NCBI GenBank assembly: GCA_037917625.1
Contig: JAVCBY010000041.1
Span: 1 to 18,037, forward strand
Direction of reading: 5' to 3'
Source: Thermoproteota archaeon
Lineage (GTDB): Archaea > Korarchaeota > Korarchaeia > Korarchaeales > Korarchaeaceae
Length of the DNA stretch: 18,037 nucleotides
The notes under the pieces were generated by a model that saw only the letters and a program-made list of their open reading frames with translations, was not told the origin of the DNA and made no database searches. Shown here one piece after another: positions 8,067-15,935 of this stretch (the stretch's first letter is position 1; each line of letters starts with the position of its first letter). Both the position numbers and the translations under genes were made by a program.

Positions 8067-9983
8067 TTATTTTTGCGTTAAACTCTTCCTCCCCTTATAT
8101 GATCTCAAGGCTCTTATAACTATTATAACAGCTGAAATTATGTAGAAGGGTATCGCCCAAATCGAGAATATCCAGAAGGCGAGGAGGGAGCCCGATGCTA
8201 TTAATAAGAACCTCTCAATTCTTGAGAGATCTACCCCAATGTAACCTATGCTGCCCATAGCTAGGAGGAATAGAGAAGCTATCGAGACTGATGTCGCGAT
8301 AAGGAAGCCCTCCGGATCTGAACCAACTATCAGCAAGTTGGATGCCACTTCTTTTGATGAGAACATGAAGGGCACGAGGAATGTGGGCAGGGTGTACTTC
8401 CAAGCCTGCATCATCGCCCCATAGGCATTAGCCCCCGTGATCGCTGCGGCAGCTGAGGGTGAGAGAGCCACTGGTGGCGAGACTTCAGATAGGACAGCGT
8501 AATAGAATATGAGCATGTGGGCTGCGTGAGCAGGTATGCCCACATGAACGAGAGCTGGAGCTATTATCGGGACGCAGACGACGTAAGTTGCCGTTATGGG
8601 AAGGCCGAGCCCTATTATTATTGAGGATATTGCTGCAAGTATCATGACGAATATGGAGATACCACCACTTAGCTCTACTATCATATGGGATAGCTTGAGA
8701 CCGAGCCCCGTCAGAGTGAAGGCACCTGTTATTATCCCCGCAGCAGTTAACAGAACGGCTATTGAGACGAATGATTTTGCGGCATCGTAAAAAGCTGAGA
8801 TAAGCCTTCTGGAGGTGAGCCAATCCCCTCTATTCTTACTCAGGAAACTCGTAAGTATCACCACGAGTATGGCCCATAATGCAGCTGTCGCTGGAGATCT
8901 ACCGAGCCCGACTAAAACCACCAGAACTATTAAGGAGAGTAAGTGGTAACCCTTTGTCTTTAGGACTTGCTTAAGATTGGGTGCAGATACCTCAGGGGGC
9001 TTGAATTTGTACTTCCTCGCTTCAACTTCCGTCATGAAGAACATCGCTATGTAGTAGAGGACAGTGGGCATGAGTACCATCAATATTATGTCCCAGTAAC
9101 TCACATCGAGGAACTCCATCATCAGGAAGACTGCAGCCCCCATGAGGGGAGGAGATATGACCGCACCTATACCACCAGCTGATATCAAGCCAGCGGCCAT
9201 CTCAGCCGTATATCCAGCTTCCTTCAGGGTGGGCCAGAGGACGGGAGCTAGGGACATAGTCGTAGCGACTCCACTCCCCTGAGGTCCGCCTAAGAGAGCT
9301 GTAGCTAATACAGCGCCCCTTCCAGCGCTCGAGGACTTCTTCCCCATCAAAGAAGTCGTCAAATCTATCCAGAAGCTTCCAGCACCAGCTGCGTCCATTA
9401 AGGCCCCATATAAAACGAATAGAGATACATAAGAGGCAGCTACAGCGAGGGGAACACCGTAAATACCATCTAAAGTCATCACTAAGTGCCCAACTATCCT
9501 CTCTATATCGTATCCTTTGTGGGATAACGGACCCGGTATGTAGTAGCCGAAGTACATGTAAGCTATGAAGAAGATCACTATTATCGTGAATGCCCTCCCA
9601 AAAGACCTCCTTGTAGCTTCCATCAATACTACGAGGAGAATTATCCCGAAGATCACGTCGTAAAAGTTCGGTATTGTTGATCTGTAGGCGTAGTACTCAT
9701 CAGATACAGCATAAGCTATTGAAATTACCGCAAGCGATCCCAATATTAAGTCGAATATGAGGGCTATTCTGCTCTTGAAGAGCTTTCTAGATGGCGGATA
9801 TTGGAGGAGCATAAAGAGGAGGACTAAAGCCAGGAATACCATCCTGAAGCGGTAAGTCTCTATCACGATCAATGCTCCCAGGACGCACCATAGGATCATC
9901 GAGATTCCAATTGCCATAATAAGATATTTTGGGATCCCTCTGAACTCTCTAATGGCTCCTTCTTCCTTCTCAGCCTCACTCAT
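8067..9983 (-). CDS. TRAP transporter fused permease (4TM/12TM fusion, DctM-like)
   Basis: Many TMs and the motifs EATRR, GIYGVPL, LFVLYGALM, PPLMGAAVFLM, GLGLPITATY, AHMLIFYYAVLSEVSPPVAL and FLVPFMF. ATG 9983 (MSEAEKEEG) has an upstream GGTGG and is preferred to 10058. Confidence 0.93.
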   Translation of the reverse strand: MSEAEKEEGAIREFRGIPKYLIMAIGISMILWCVLGALIVIETYRFRMVFLALVLLFMLLQYPPSRKLFKSRIALIFDLILGSLAVISIAYAVSDEYYAYRSTIPNFYDVIFGIILLVVLMEATRRSFGRAFTIIVIFFIAYMYFGYYIPGPLSHKGYDIERIVGHLVMTLDGIYGVPLAVAASYVSLFVLYGALMDAAGAGSFWIDLTTSLMGKKSSSAGRGAVLATALLGGPQGSGVATTMSLAPVLWPTLKEAGYTAEMAAGLISAGGIGAVISPPLMGAAVFLMMEFLDVSYWDIILMVLMPTVLYYIAMFFMTEVEARKYKFKPPEVSAPNLKQVLKTKGYHLLSLIVLVVLVGLGRSPATAALWAILVVILTSFLSKNRGDWLTSRRLISAFYDAAKSFVSIAVLLTAAGIITGAFTLTGLGLKLSHMIVELSGGISIFVMILAAISSIIIGLGLPITATYVVCVPIIAPALVHVGIPAHAAHMLIFYYAVLSEVSPPVALSPSAAAAITGANAYGAMMQAWKYTLPTFLVPFMFSSKEVASNLLIVGSDPEGFLIATSVSIASLFLLAMGSIGYIGVDLSRIERFLLIASGSLLAFWIFSIWAIPFYIISAVIIVIRALRSYKGRKSLTQK

Positions 9984-10015
9984 CGGAGCCACCGGATCCT
10001 GCGTGAATTTAAAAA

Positions 10016-10021
10016 TATAAA
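10016..10021 (-). promoter_or_regulatory. Putative TATA box of the TRAP permease
   Basis: Minus-strand TTTATA in an AT-rich island (10006-10043), 33-38 nt upstream of ATG 9983. Confidence 0.5.
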
Positions 10022-10085
10022 TATTTCGTGAAAAATTTTGAAATGTGTCGATGCTCACCCTCAGTCGTCACTCCCCTCTCACATC

Positions 10086-10660
10086 GATTCGAGGCAGAGC
10101 ATCGAGAGGGGCGGGAGATTTGGAGAATCCCTGCTTCACGATATAGGGAAGTCCATAGAGAGGGCCATCCTTCGTACAGCGTTTATCTAGCGATTCCACT
10201 CCTGAACAGGCTCCTCCCCGAGATATATGAGGATGAGGAAGTGATGTACGAGATCAGAGGGCACATACTACACTGTATAGTATCGCACGAAGCTGATACG
10301 AGGGATCTGACTGAGGAAGCCAGTATAGTGGGCATAGCTGATGGTACTGATATGACTAAGGGGAGGGGGAGGCTGGCTTTCGATAAGGGTAACGTCAACA
10401 TACATACTGTATCAGCGTTGAGCATAGAGGAAGTGCATGTAAAGGAGGGGGAGGGGACTCCCATCAGGATAGAGGCCCACATGAACAACAGCGCTGGCAT
10501 ATTCCAAGTGCAGGAAACTCTGGGTAAGAAGATAATGGGCAGCCCTATAGAGGATTACGTTGAAGTCGTCGCTGTGACGATGCCCGATGAACCTAGGATG
10601 GATCAGAGGATAGTGAATCAACTCGTAATAATGGAGGAGAAGTTCAGGCCCAAGGATTAA
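10086..10660 (+). pseudogene. Truncated and frameshifted HD-domain phosphohydrolase (COG3294-like)
   Basis: The C-terminal frame has VHREGH, HCIVSH, EASIVGIADGTDMTKGRGR, IHTVSALSI and NSAGIFQV. The LLHDIG motif (10131-10148) is in a different frame from the downstream EVHREGH (from 10148). The N-terminal third of the family is absent and there is no convincing start. Confidence 0.8.
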
Positions 10661-11061
10661 CCCACTACCGTCACTACAACATTCCTCTCCCTAGGGCCAT
10701 CTAACTCGATTAAGAGTATGCTCTGCCACGTCCCCCTCAGGACCCTACCTGAGGAGACTGGGAAGGCTCTAGAGGACCCTATGAATGATGAAGCTAGATG
10801 AGCGTAAGCGTTATCATCTATTCTATCGTGCTCCCATCCCTCCCTCACGAAATCCTCCCTTATCTTCTTGATGATATCATTTATGAGGCCCCTCTCATTC
10901 TCATTCGCCACTAAAGCAGCTGTAGCATGAGGGAGGTGAACTAAGCAGATGCCCTCGCTTATCCCAGACCTCCTGACGGCGGCCTCAACGTACTCCGTTA
11001 TTTCTATCACTTGGATCCTCTCCCTACTCCTGACCTTCAGGATCTCCACGTAGGAAGTCAT
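10657..11061 (-). CDS. yjbQ: YjbQ / UPF0047 family protein (secondary thiamine-phosphate synthase-like)
   Basis: Motifs HATAALVANENE, HDRIDDNAYAHL and GTWQSILLIELDGPRER. Confidence 0.93.
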   Translation of the reverse strand: MTSYVEILKVRSRERIQVIEITEYVEAAVRRSGISEGICLVHLPHATAALVANENERGLINDIIKKIREDFVREGWEHDRIDDNAYAHLASSFIGSSRAFPVSSGRVLRGTWQSILLIELDGPRERNVVVTVVG

Positions 11062-11081
11062 ATGCCTCCGGGAATTACGGG

Positions 11082-11096
11082 ATAAAAAGCTTTTAT
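11082..11096. promoter_or_regulatory. Near-palindromic back-to-back TATA-like element
   Basis: ataaaaagcttttat. The minus-strand TTTTTAT is about 21-27 nt before the yjbQ ATG. The plus-strand TTTTAT is about 20-25 nt before the ATG at 11116. Confidence 0.45.
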
Positions 11097-11335
11097 GCGA
11101 GCTCGGATCCCCCAGATGGAATTTGAGATCCTCTCATTGGGAGTGATATTAGATAATTTAGAGCCTAAGCCCACCTATTTTCTTGCTTTCGTAGATTGAC
11201 CTCTGACTTCCCCTCAAGCTATTGCCTGAGGGCATCGAGCCCTCACCCAGAGCCAATTGAAGCGATAAATTCTTCCAAGGATGCTAGATATCCTGGGAAG
11301 GGTATCGCAAGGGAGATCCGGGGGCGTTGCATAGG

Positions 11336-12433
11336 ATGGAGTTCTATGCTACGTGCATTCCGGGGCTCGAATTCATCTCAGCTAAGGAGATAGAAGGGAA
11401 GAAGCTCGGAAGAGTTATTGAATTGAGGGAGGGTAGGGGCAGGGTGCTCTTCGAGTCTGAGTACGATTTAATCCCCTTATTGAACTGCTCCCTCAGGAGC
11501 GTCGAGAGGGTAGTGCTCCTTTTAGCTAGGGAGAGAGCGAGTGACTTAGATGAAATATATAAAGCGGTCAAGAGGATAGATTTTAGCTTCATAAGACCTG
11601 AGTGGAGCTTCGCTGTCCGATCGAATAGATTTGGGGATCATGACTTCACTTCAGTGGATATAGGGAGGGTGGCAGGGCAAGCGGTCATAGATAGCTATAT
11701 CGAGGCCAGGGGAGTCAGGCTGAAGGTTAACTTAGATTCGCCTGACGTGATAGTGAGGTGCGATCTGATAAAGGACGAGCTATTAGTGGGCATAGATACG
11801 ACGGGGGATGAGGGGCTTCATAAGAGGAACTATAGAGTATATCAACATCCAGCTCCCCTGAACCCAGCGTTAGCTTCCTCATTGATCTACTTGTCTGAGT
11901 GGAGTCACGAGCACTCCCTCCTCGATCCCTTCTGCGGTAGCGGGACCATACTCTTCGAAGCCGGTATGATAGCTAGGAACACTCCGATATGCAAGTTCAG
12001 GAGGGACTTCGCTTTCCTTAAGTTCCTTGAGCTTCCGAAGATAGAGGAGAGGGATGTCGAGCTCAAGCTTTATGGAGTTGAGAAGTTCAGGAAGCATGTG
12101 GAGGGAGCTGAGCTAATAGCTAGGTACGTTGGCATATACCCTAAGTTCATCCAGGGTTACGCTGAGAGGATAGGGGAGTACTTCGATAGCGTGGATTTCA
12201 TCGTGACTAACCCTCCATACGGCTTGAGGATAGGGAGGAAGGGGATTATAGAGAGGATGTATGCTGAATTCCTGAGGGCCGCTAGCTCAATACTTGAGAA
12301 GAGGATGGTCGTAATAACGAGCGAGACAGCTATATTTGAGAAGTATGCTCGAGATAACTTCGAGTCTATTGAGAAGTTCGATGCGATGTACGGTGGTCTC
12401 AGGACACGAGTATATGTCATAGATCGAAATTGA
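11336..12433 (+). CDS. trm14: tRNA (guanine(6)-N2)-methyltransferase Trm14-like (THUMP + Rossmann-fold MTase)
   Basis: N-terminal FYATCIPGLE; THUMP motifs SFAVRSNRFGDHDFTS and VNLDSPD; GIDTTGDEGLHKRNYRVYQHPAPLNP; DPFCGSGT; NPPYG. ATG 11336 is preferred. Confidence 0.87.
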   Translation: MEFYATCIPGLEFISAKEIEGKKLGRVIELREGRGRVLFESEYDLIPLLNCSLRSVERVVLLLARERASDLDEIYKAVKRIDFSFIRPEWSFAVRSNRFGDHDFTSVDIGRVAGQAVIDSYIEARGVRLKVNLDSPDVIVRCDLIKDELLVGIDTTGDEGLHKRNYRVYQHPAPLNPALASSLIYLSEWSHEHSLLDPFCGSGTILFEAGMIARNTPICKFRRDFAFLKFLELPKIEERDVELKLYGVEKFRKHVEGAELIARYVGIYPKFIQGYAERIGEYFDSVDFIVTNPPYGLRIGRKGIIERMYAEFLRAASSILEKRMVVITSETAIFEKYARDNFESIEKFDAMYGGLRTRVYVIDRN

Positions 12434-12457
12434 TTTATCTTTGTCGAGCTCCTATTG

Positions 12458-13072
12458 ATGATGCCTTACGACTTCAACTTCGACCTCTCATCCCTACCTA
12501 AGAGCTTCTTCGCGGAGATTATAAAAGCATCTTATAACGCGAGGATCCACGGGAAGCTGACTTCCACTGCTAGGAGGATAGCGAAGCTCTTCAAACTGGA
12601 GGAACTCACGGGACTCGACTTAGAGAAAGCTATATCTCTCGTTGAAGACCTTCTTGAGATATTCATGCTCAATGAGATGAGCAGGGAGAAGTTCAAGGGG
12701 GTTAGGAGGAAGGCCCTCTTCCTCCCCCATTGCTCTAGGAAGTACATGGATTCTAGATGTAAAGCTGAGTTCAGGGAGGATCTATCTACTTACGTCTGCG
12801 GGAAGTGCTCTGATGATTGTCTGATAAGGATGGCTAGCGAAATAGCTGAGGAGAGGGGATACGATGTCTATGTGGTCCCGGGGGGCTCATGCATACCTAA
12901 GATAATAGAGAGGATGAATTATGAAGCTGTAGTAGGTGTTGCATGCGGTATGGAGCTGCTCCTAGCTTATCAATACTTGAAGGATTTTCCAGCTCAAGGT
13001 GTCCCTTTGATGAAAAATGGATGCTCTAGAACTATCTTTGACCTCGAATCCCTTGAGAACTCTCTTCTCTGA
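12458..13072 (+). CDS. DUF116 domain-containing protein (Cys-rich)
   Basis: Motifs LFLPHCSR, CKA, CGKC...C, VYVVPGGS, VVGVAC..EL and PLMKNGC. Confidence 0.88.
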   Translation: MMPYDFNFDLSSLPKSFFAEIIKASYNARIHGKLTSTARRIAKLFKLEELTGLDLEKAISLVEDLLEIFMLNEMSREKFKGVRRKALFLPHCSRKYMDSRCKAEFREDLSTYVCGKCSDDCLIRMASEIAEERGYDVYVVPGGSCIPKIIERMNYEAVVGVACGMELLLAYQYLKDFPAQGVPLMKNGCSRTIFDLESLENSLL

Positions 13073-13092
13073 TGGTCGAGTTGCCTTAATTT

Positions 13093-13407
13093 TCAGGAGC
13101 CTCCCAGGTACTTGAGGTAGTATATCGCGAAAACGCCGCTGCTGATAGCCCTCGGCAGCGTCATGAGGAGTCTGGCTGCGAAGAGCCTCCAGAAGCCTCC
13201 TGGGATCCCCCGGGTAGCGCGCGGGCGGCTGCTTGCCGGGTTTCCGTCACCTGGCTCGAGCACCGCGGAGATCATGATCGGGGAGACCAGGTGGAGGAGC
13301 GCTGCCAGCCTCAGCGCACTCCGGTACCCCAGGTGCTGGTAGGCAAGACCTGAGAACAGGCTACCTGCGAAGTCCCCGACCATCACAAAGGCGTTGTACT
13401 TGCCCAG
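13093..13407 (-). pseudogene. Internal fragment of an MFS transporter
   Basis: Reads LGKYNAFVMVGDFAGSLFSGLAYQHLGYR (TM5-6-like), a loop, then FWRLFAARLLMTL...FAIYYLKYLGGS (TM7-like). It covers only about 105 aa of a roughly 400-aa fold, and is GC-rich relative to its flanks. Confidence 0.65.
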
Positions 13408-13562
13408 CGGGAAACGATAACTGATGAAGCTTGAAGCTAAGCGTAGAAAACGCCACTCAGCTGAGATCGGCTCTCAGCGCTATCTGGCAACGAAACGCAA
13501 GGTATAAATGCCAACAAAAAGCGAGAATAAAAGATCAAGCCTGAGCACCGCAAGGCTACGTG

Positions 13563-13676
13563 CTAGATTGCGCGCTGTTTACGTGATGCTCTCTCTAACT
13601 CCCTCAGCTTAGCTTCGTACTCTTCCTTAAGCTTCTTATACACCTCCTCCTTAACTTCTCCCTTCTTGTACATCTC
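13563..13676 (-). pseudogene. Orphan SHOCT-like C-terminal helical motif (gene remnant or microprotein)
   Basis: Translates EMYKKGEVKEEVYKKLKEEYEAKLRELERASRKQRAI*, matching the 'xxGEIsEEeYxxLK' pattern. It is below the ORF-track cutoff. Confidence 0.55.
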
Positions 13677-13899
13677 GTTTTGTGTGGTTAAGTAGACCTT
13701 CTATTTCAAAAACTCTTCCACGCTTTTGAGTGAAACTTTAATCTCGATGCTGACGTTCAGCCAAAAACTTAGCTTTTCTATCCTTTCCGCTCTCGACCAA
13801 GATCCCTATAAGTGCTTACTCCTCCACCTTAGGCTTGACGGCAACTTCGACAATAGTCTCTCCATTTATGCTATAAGCATAGTCAGTCGTAACATAAAA

Positions 13900-13905
13900 T
13901 TATAA
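13900..13905 (+). promoter_or_regulatory. Putative TATA box for the surface protein (leaderless spacing)
   Basis: TTATAA preceded by an A-rich BRE-like run, 24-29 nt upstream of ATG 13929. Confidence 0.5.
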
Positions 13906-13928
13906 GTAAGACTTAGTAAATCTCATTA

Positions 13929-15680
13929 ATGCCCAGTAGGGGACTCCGGCTCGAGAGATGTTTTGCTATTGTGCTGATTATTACCTATTTTACAGTAACA
14001 CTTTTGACGACATTTGTTCTCGCTCAACCGGAACCCAGCTCTCCCGAGCAAGAATGGTACCCTCCAGAGCCTGTGGAGGGAAGCGCTACTTTTCCAAGTT
14101 ATAGTTGCATAGCTGTTGGTACAACGTCTGTCCCTAGCCCTGGAGCCCTCCGGATAGAGCTTATCGATAGGAATGGGAGAGTAAGAAGAGAGTTCTATGG
14201 AGACGAGCTTTTCTATCTGCGTTTCGTTTCGCCCTATAGCACCTTTTACCTCTACCTATACGAGTGGTACCCGCCGGGCAATGTTCCTTCGGGTCACTGG
14301 CTGATTTTCAGTGCTGGACCATACAGCCCGGGAGCGGGCGCTATAATGAACTTAGGTTACTTCCAACCGGAGCAAGGGGAGCCGGAAGGGCAGCACGTTT
14401 GGAAGCTCTGGCTCTTCGACCCATCCAGTAGAAGCTGGTCATCGGGTATTGTCAGGTTCAACTATTTCCGCTACCCGAGGGCTAGGATAGAGGGAGTTGA
14501 CCTTCCGCAGATCCTCTACGTCGGGCAGAGCTACAATATGAATGTGCGCGTAAAAAATACGGGCGAGGTGGACTACACATACACGGTTGAGGTCGAGGGG
14601 GCTGGTCTAGTTTTCGGGGCTCGGGAGCAGAGTGTTCGCATCCCAGCAGGCTCCACCGCTACTGTTATCTTCACCTTTAACCTGGTAAGCCCTGGTACTC
14701 CTTCAGTTACCGTAAGGGTGAAGAGCAATGGCGAGATTGTGGACTCGAAGACCACGCAGCCTACAACACATGTTCTGAGGCCTGGCCCGATGGCGCCCAG
14801 CGATGTTTCTCCTGTGACCTTTAGGGAGGGTGAGGAGCAGGCTGTATCTTTCTCGTTCGTTAACAGGGGTGGGGGGGAGGCTAGAAGCGTGTCAGCTAGG
14901 CTCGAGGCCCCTGGCTTCGTTTTGGTTAAGGGTACGGACTTCTCGCCGAATGTACCTGCTGGCGGGACTGGGAGGGTGTCCTTCACGGTGAGAGCAAGCG
15001 AGGGCGGGCGTAAGACATTTCGAGTTGTGATATCATACGCGGATGCTGCAGGCAAAACTTACGAGGATGTGCTAGAGGAGCAAGTACTTGTCCTCGTGAA
15101 GTTGAAGCTAGAGCCGAGAACCCTTAAAGGTGAAAGCCTCCCAGTTCAGCTGAAGGTGGGTGATGAGAAGACAACAATATTCGAGAGATGGGTGGACCCC
15201 ACAGCAGCTATCCACGTTGAAGCACCCGAAGTTGTCGAAGGGAGGGGTGTAAGGTACGTCTTTAAAGCTTGGAGCGATGGCACCACTTCCCCCATTAGGG
15301 ATATCATGCTGATAAAGTCCGCGAGCATCACCGCGATGTACCGAGTTGAATACCTCGTCACAGCAGAATCCGAGTACGGAGAGGTTTCAGGTAGTGGGTG
15401 GTACGAGGAGGGTTCGCAGGCGATAATTAAGGTGTATCCGAGCTCGGTGGGTTTCGGTGTGGAACAGGTGTTCGAACGCTGGGAGGGTGAAAACGGGGAG
15501 CTTGTGTCGCGAGACCCTGTTGTAACAGTAACCGTTGACCGCCCTATCAAGCTTAGAGCGGTGTGGAGAACTTATTACTCGGGAATGATGGTTCCCTTGC
15601 TAGCGGCCGTTACTGTTGCAGTAACGGTAATTCTTCTTAATAGAAGAAGAGCAAGATCGTCACCTTCACCTCCACCATAG
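13929..15680 (+). CDS. Membrane-anchored cell-surface protein with CARDB/NEW3-like Ig folds and InlB-B-like repeats
   Basis: Signal peptide ending VLAQ; Trp/Tyr-rich N-domain; Ig-like motifs VRVKNTG, IPAGSTATVIFTF, FVNRGGGEA and ISYADAAG; repeats RYVFKAWSDG, SEYGEVSGSGWY and VFERWEG; C-terminal TM followed by RRRAR. Confidence 0.8.
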   Translation: MPSRGLRLERCFAIVLIITYFTVTLLTTFVLAQPEPSSPEQEWYPPEPVEGSATFPSYSCIAVGTTSVPSPGALRIELIDRNGRVRREFYGDELFYLRFVSPYSTFYLYLYEWYPPGNVPSGHWLIFSAGPYSPGAGAIMNLGYFQPEQGEPEGQHVWKLWLFDPSSRSWSSGIVRFNYFRYPRARIEGVDLPQILYVGQSYNMNVRVKNTGEVDYTYTVEVEGAGLVFGAREQSVRIPAGSTATVIFTFNLVSPGTPSVTVRVKSNGEIVDSKTTQPTTHVLRPGPMAPSDVSPVTFREGEEQAVSFSFVNRGGGEARSVSARLEAPGFVLVKGTDFSPNVPAGGTGRVSFTVRASEGGRKTFRVVISYADAAGKTYEDVLEEQVLVLVKLKLEPRTLKGESLPVQLKVGDEKTTIFERWVDPTAAIHVEAPEVVEGRGVRYVFKAWSDGTTSPIRDIMLIKSASITAMYRVEYLVTAESEYGEVSGSGWYEEGSQAIIKVYPSSVGFGVEQVFERWEGENGELVSRDPVVTVTVDRPIKLRAVWRTYYSGMMVPLLAAVTVAVTVILLNRRRARSSPSPPP

Positions 15681-15681
15681 C

Positions 15682-15694
15682 TTTTTTATTTTTT
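15682..15694 (+). terminator. Oligo-T terminator
   Basis: ttttttatttttt immediately after the stop at 15680. Confidence 0.65.
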
Positions 15695-15935
15695 GGAGTT
15701 CTCTCTTCAGTGAGGACACTTTTCTGAAGTTAAAAATTTAAGCGGATGCTTTTTAACACATGACTCTTTGAGCTTCTAAAAGTATCCTAAAGAGCTAGAA
15801 GCTCTTCCACTCCTAGATGATCTCTATAACCTCCGCTAGCTTTTACTCGCAGCAGTTCGCGATTCTTTCAGAACTTAATAAGTGGCTCTAGTTTGCTCCG
15901 CTCTTTACCCTGCCAGCCTATTGCTTATGAAGTTC

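Noticed and set aside
7058..9182. Alternative-frame and antisense ORFs inside the TRAP genes
   Set aside because: Fully nested in confident CDSs; no independent evidence.
10023..10044. Imperfect inverted repeat atttc...gaaat upstream of the TRAP TATA box
   Set aside because: 5-bp arms in AT-rich DNA are expected by chance; an operator cannot be supported.
10183..12747. Antisense ORFs within the HD remnant, trm14 and DUF116
   Set aside because: Shadow ORFs.
14573..15550. 160-aa and 134-aa antisense ORFs in the surface-protein gene
   Set aside because: Reverse-frame mirrors of a Val/Gly/Thr-rich CDS.
15790..15855. Minus-strand LLRVKASGGYRD, resembling the DeoC VKASGGIR motif
   Set aside because: One short motif with no flanking support; could be chance.
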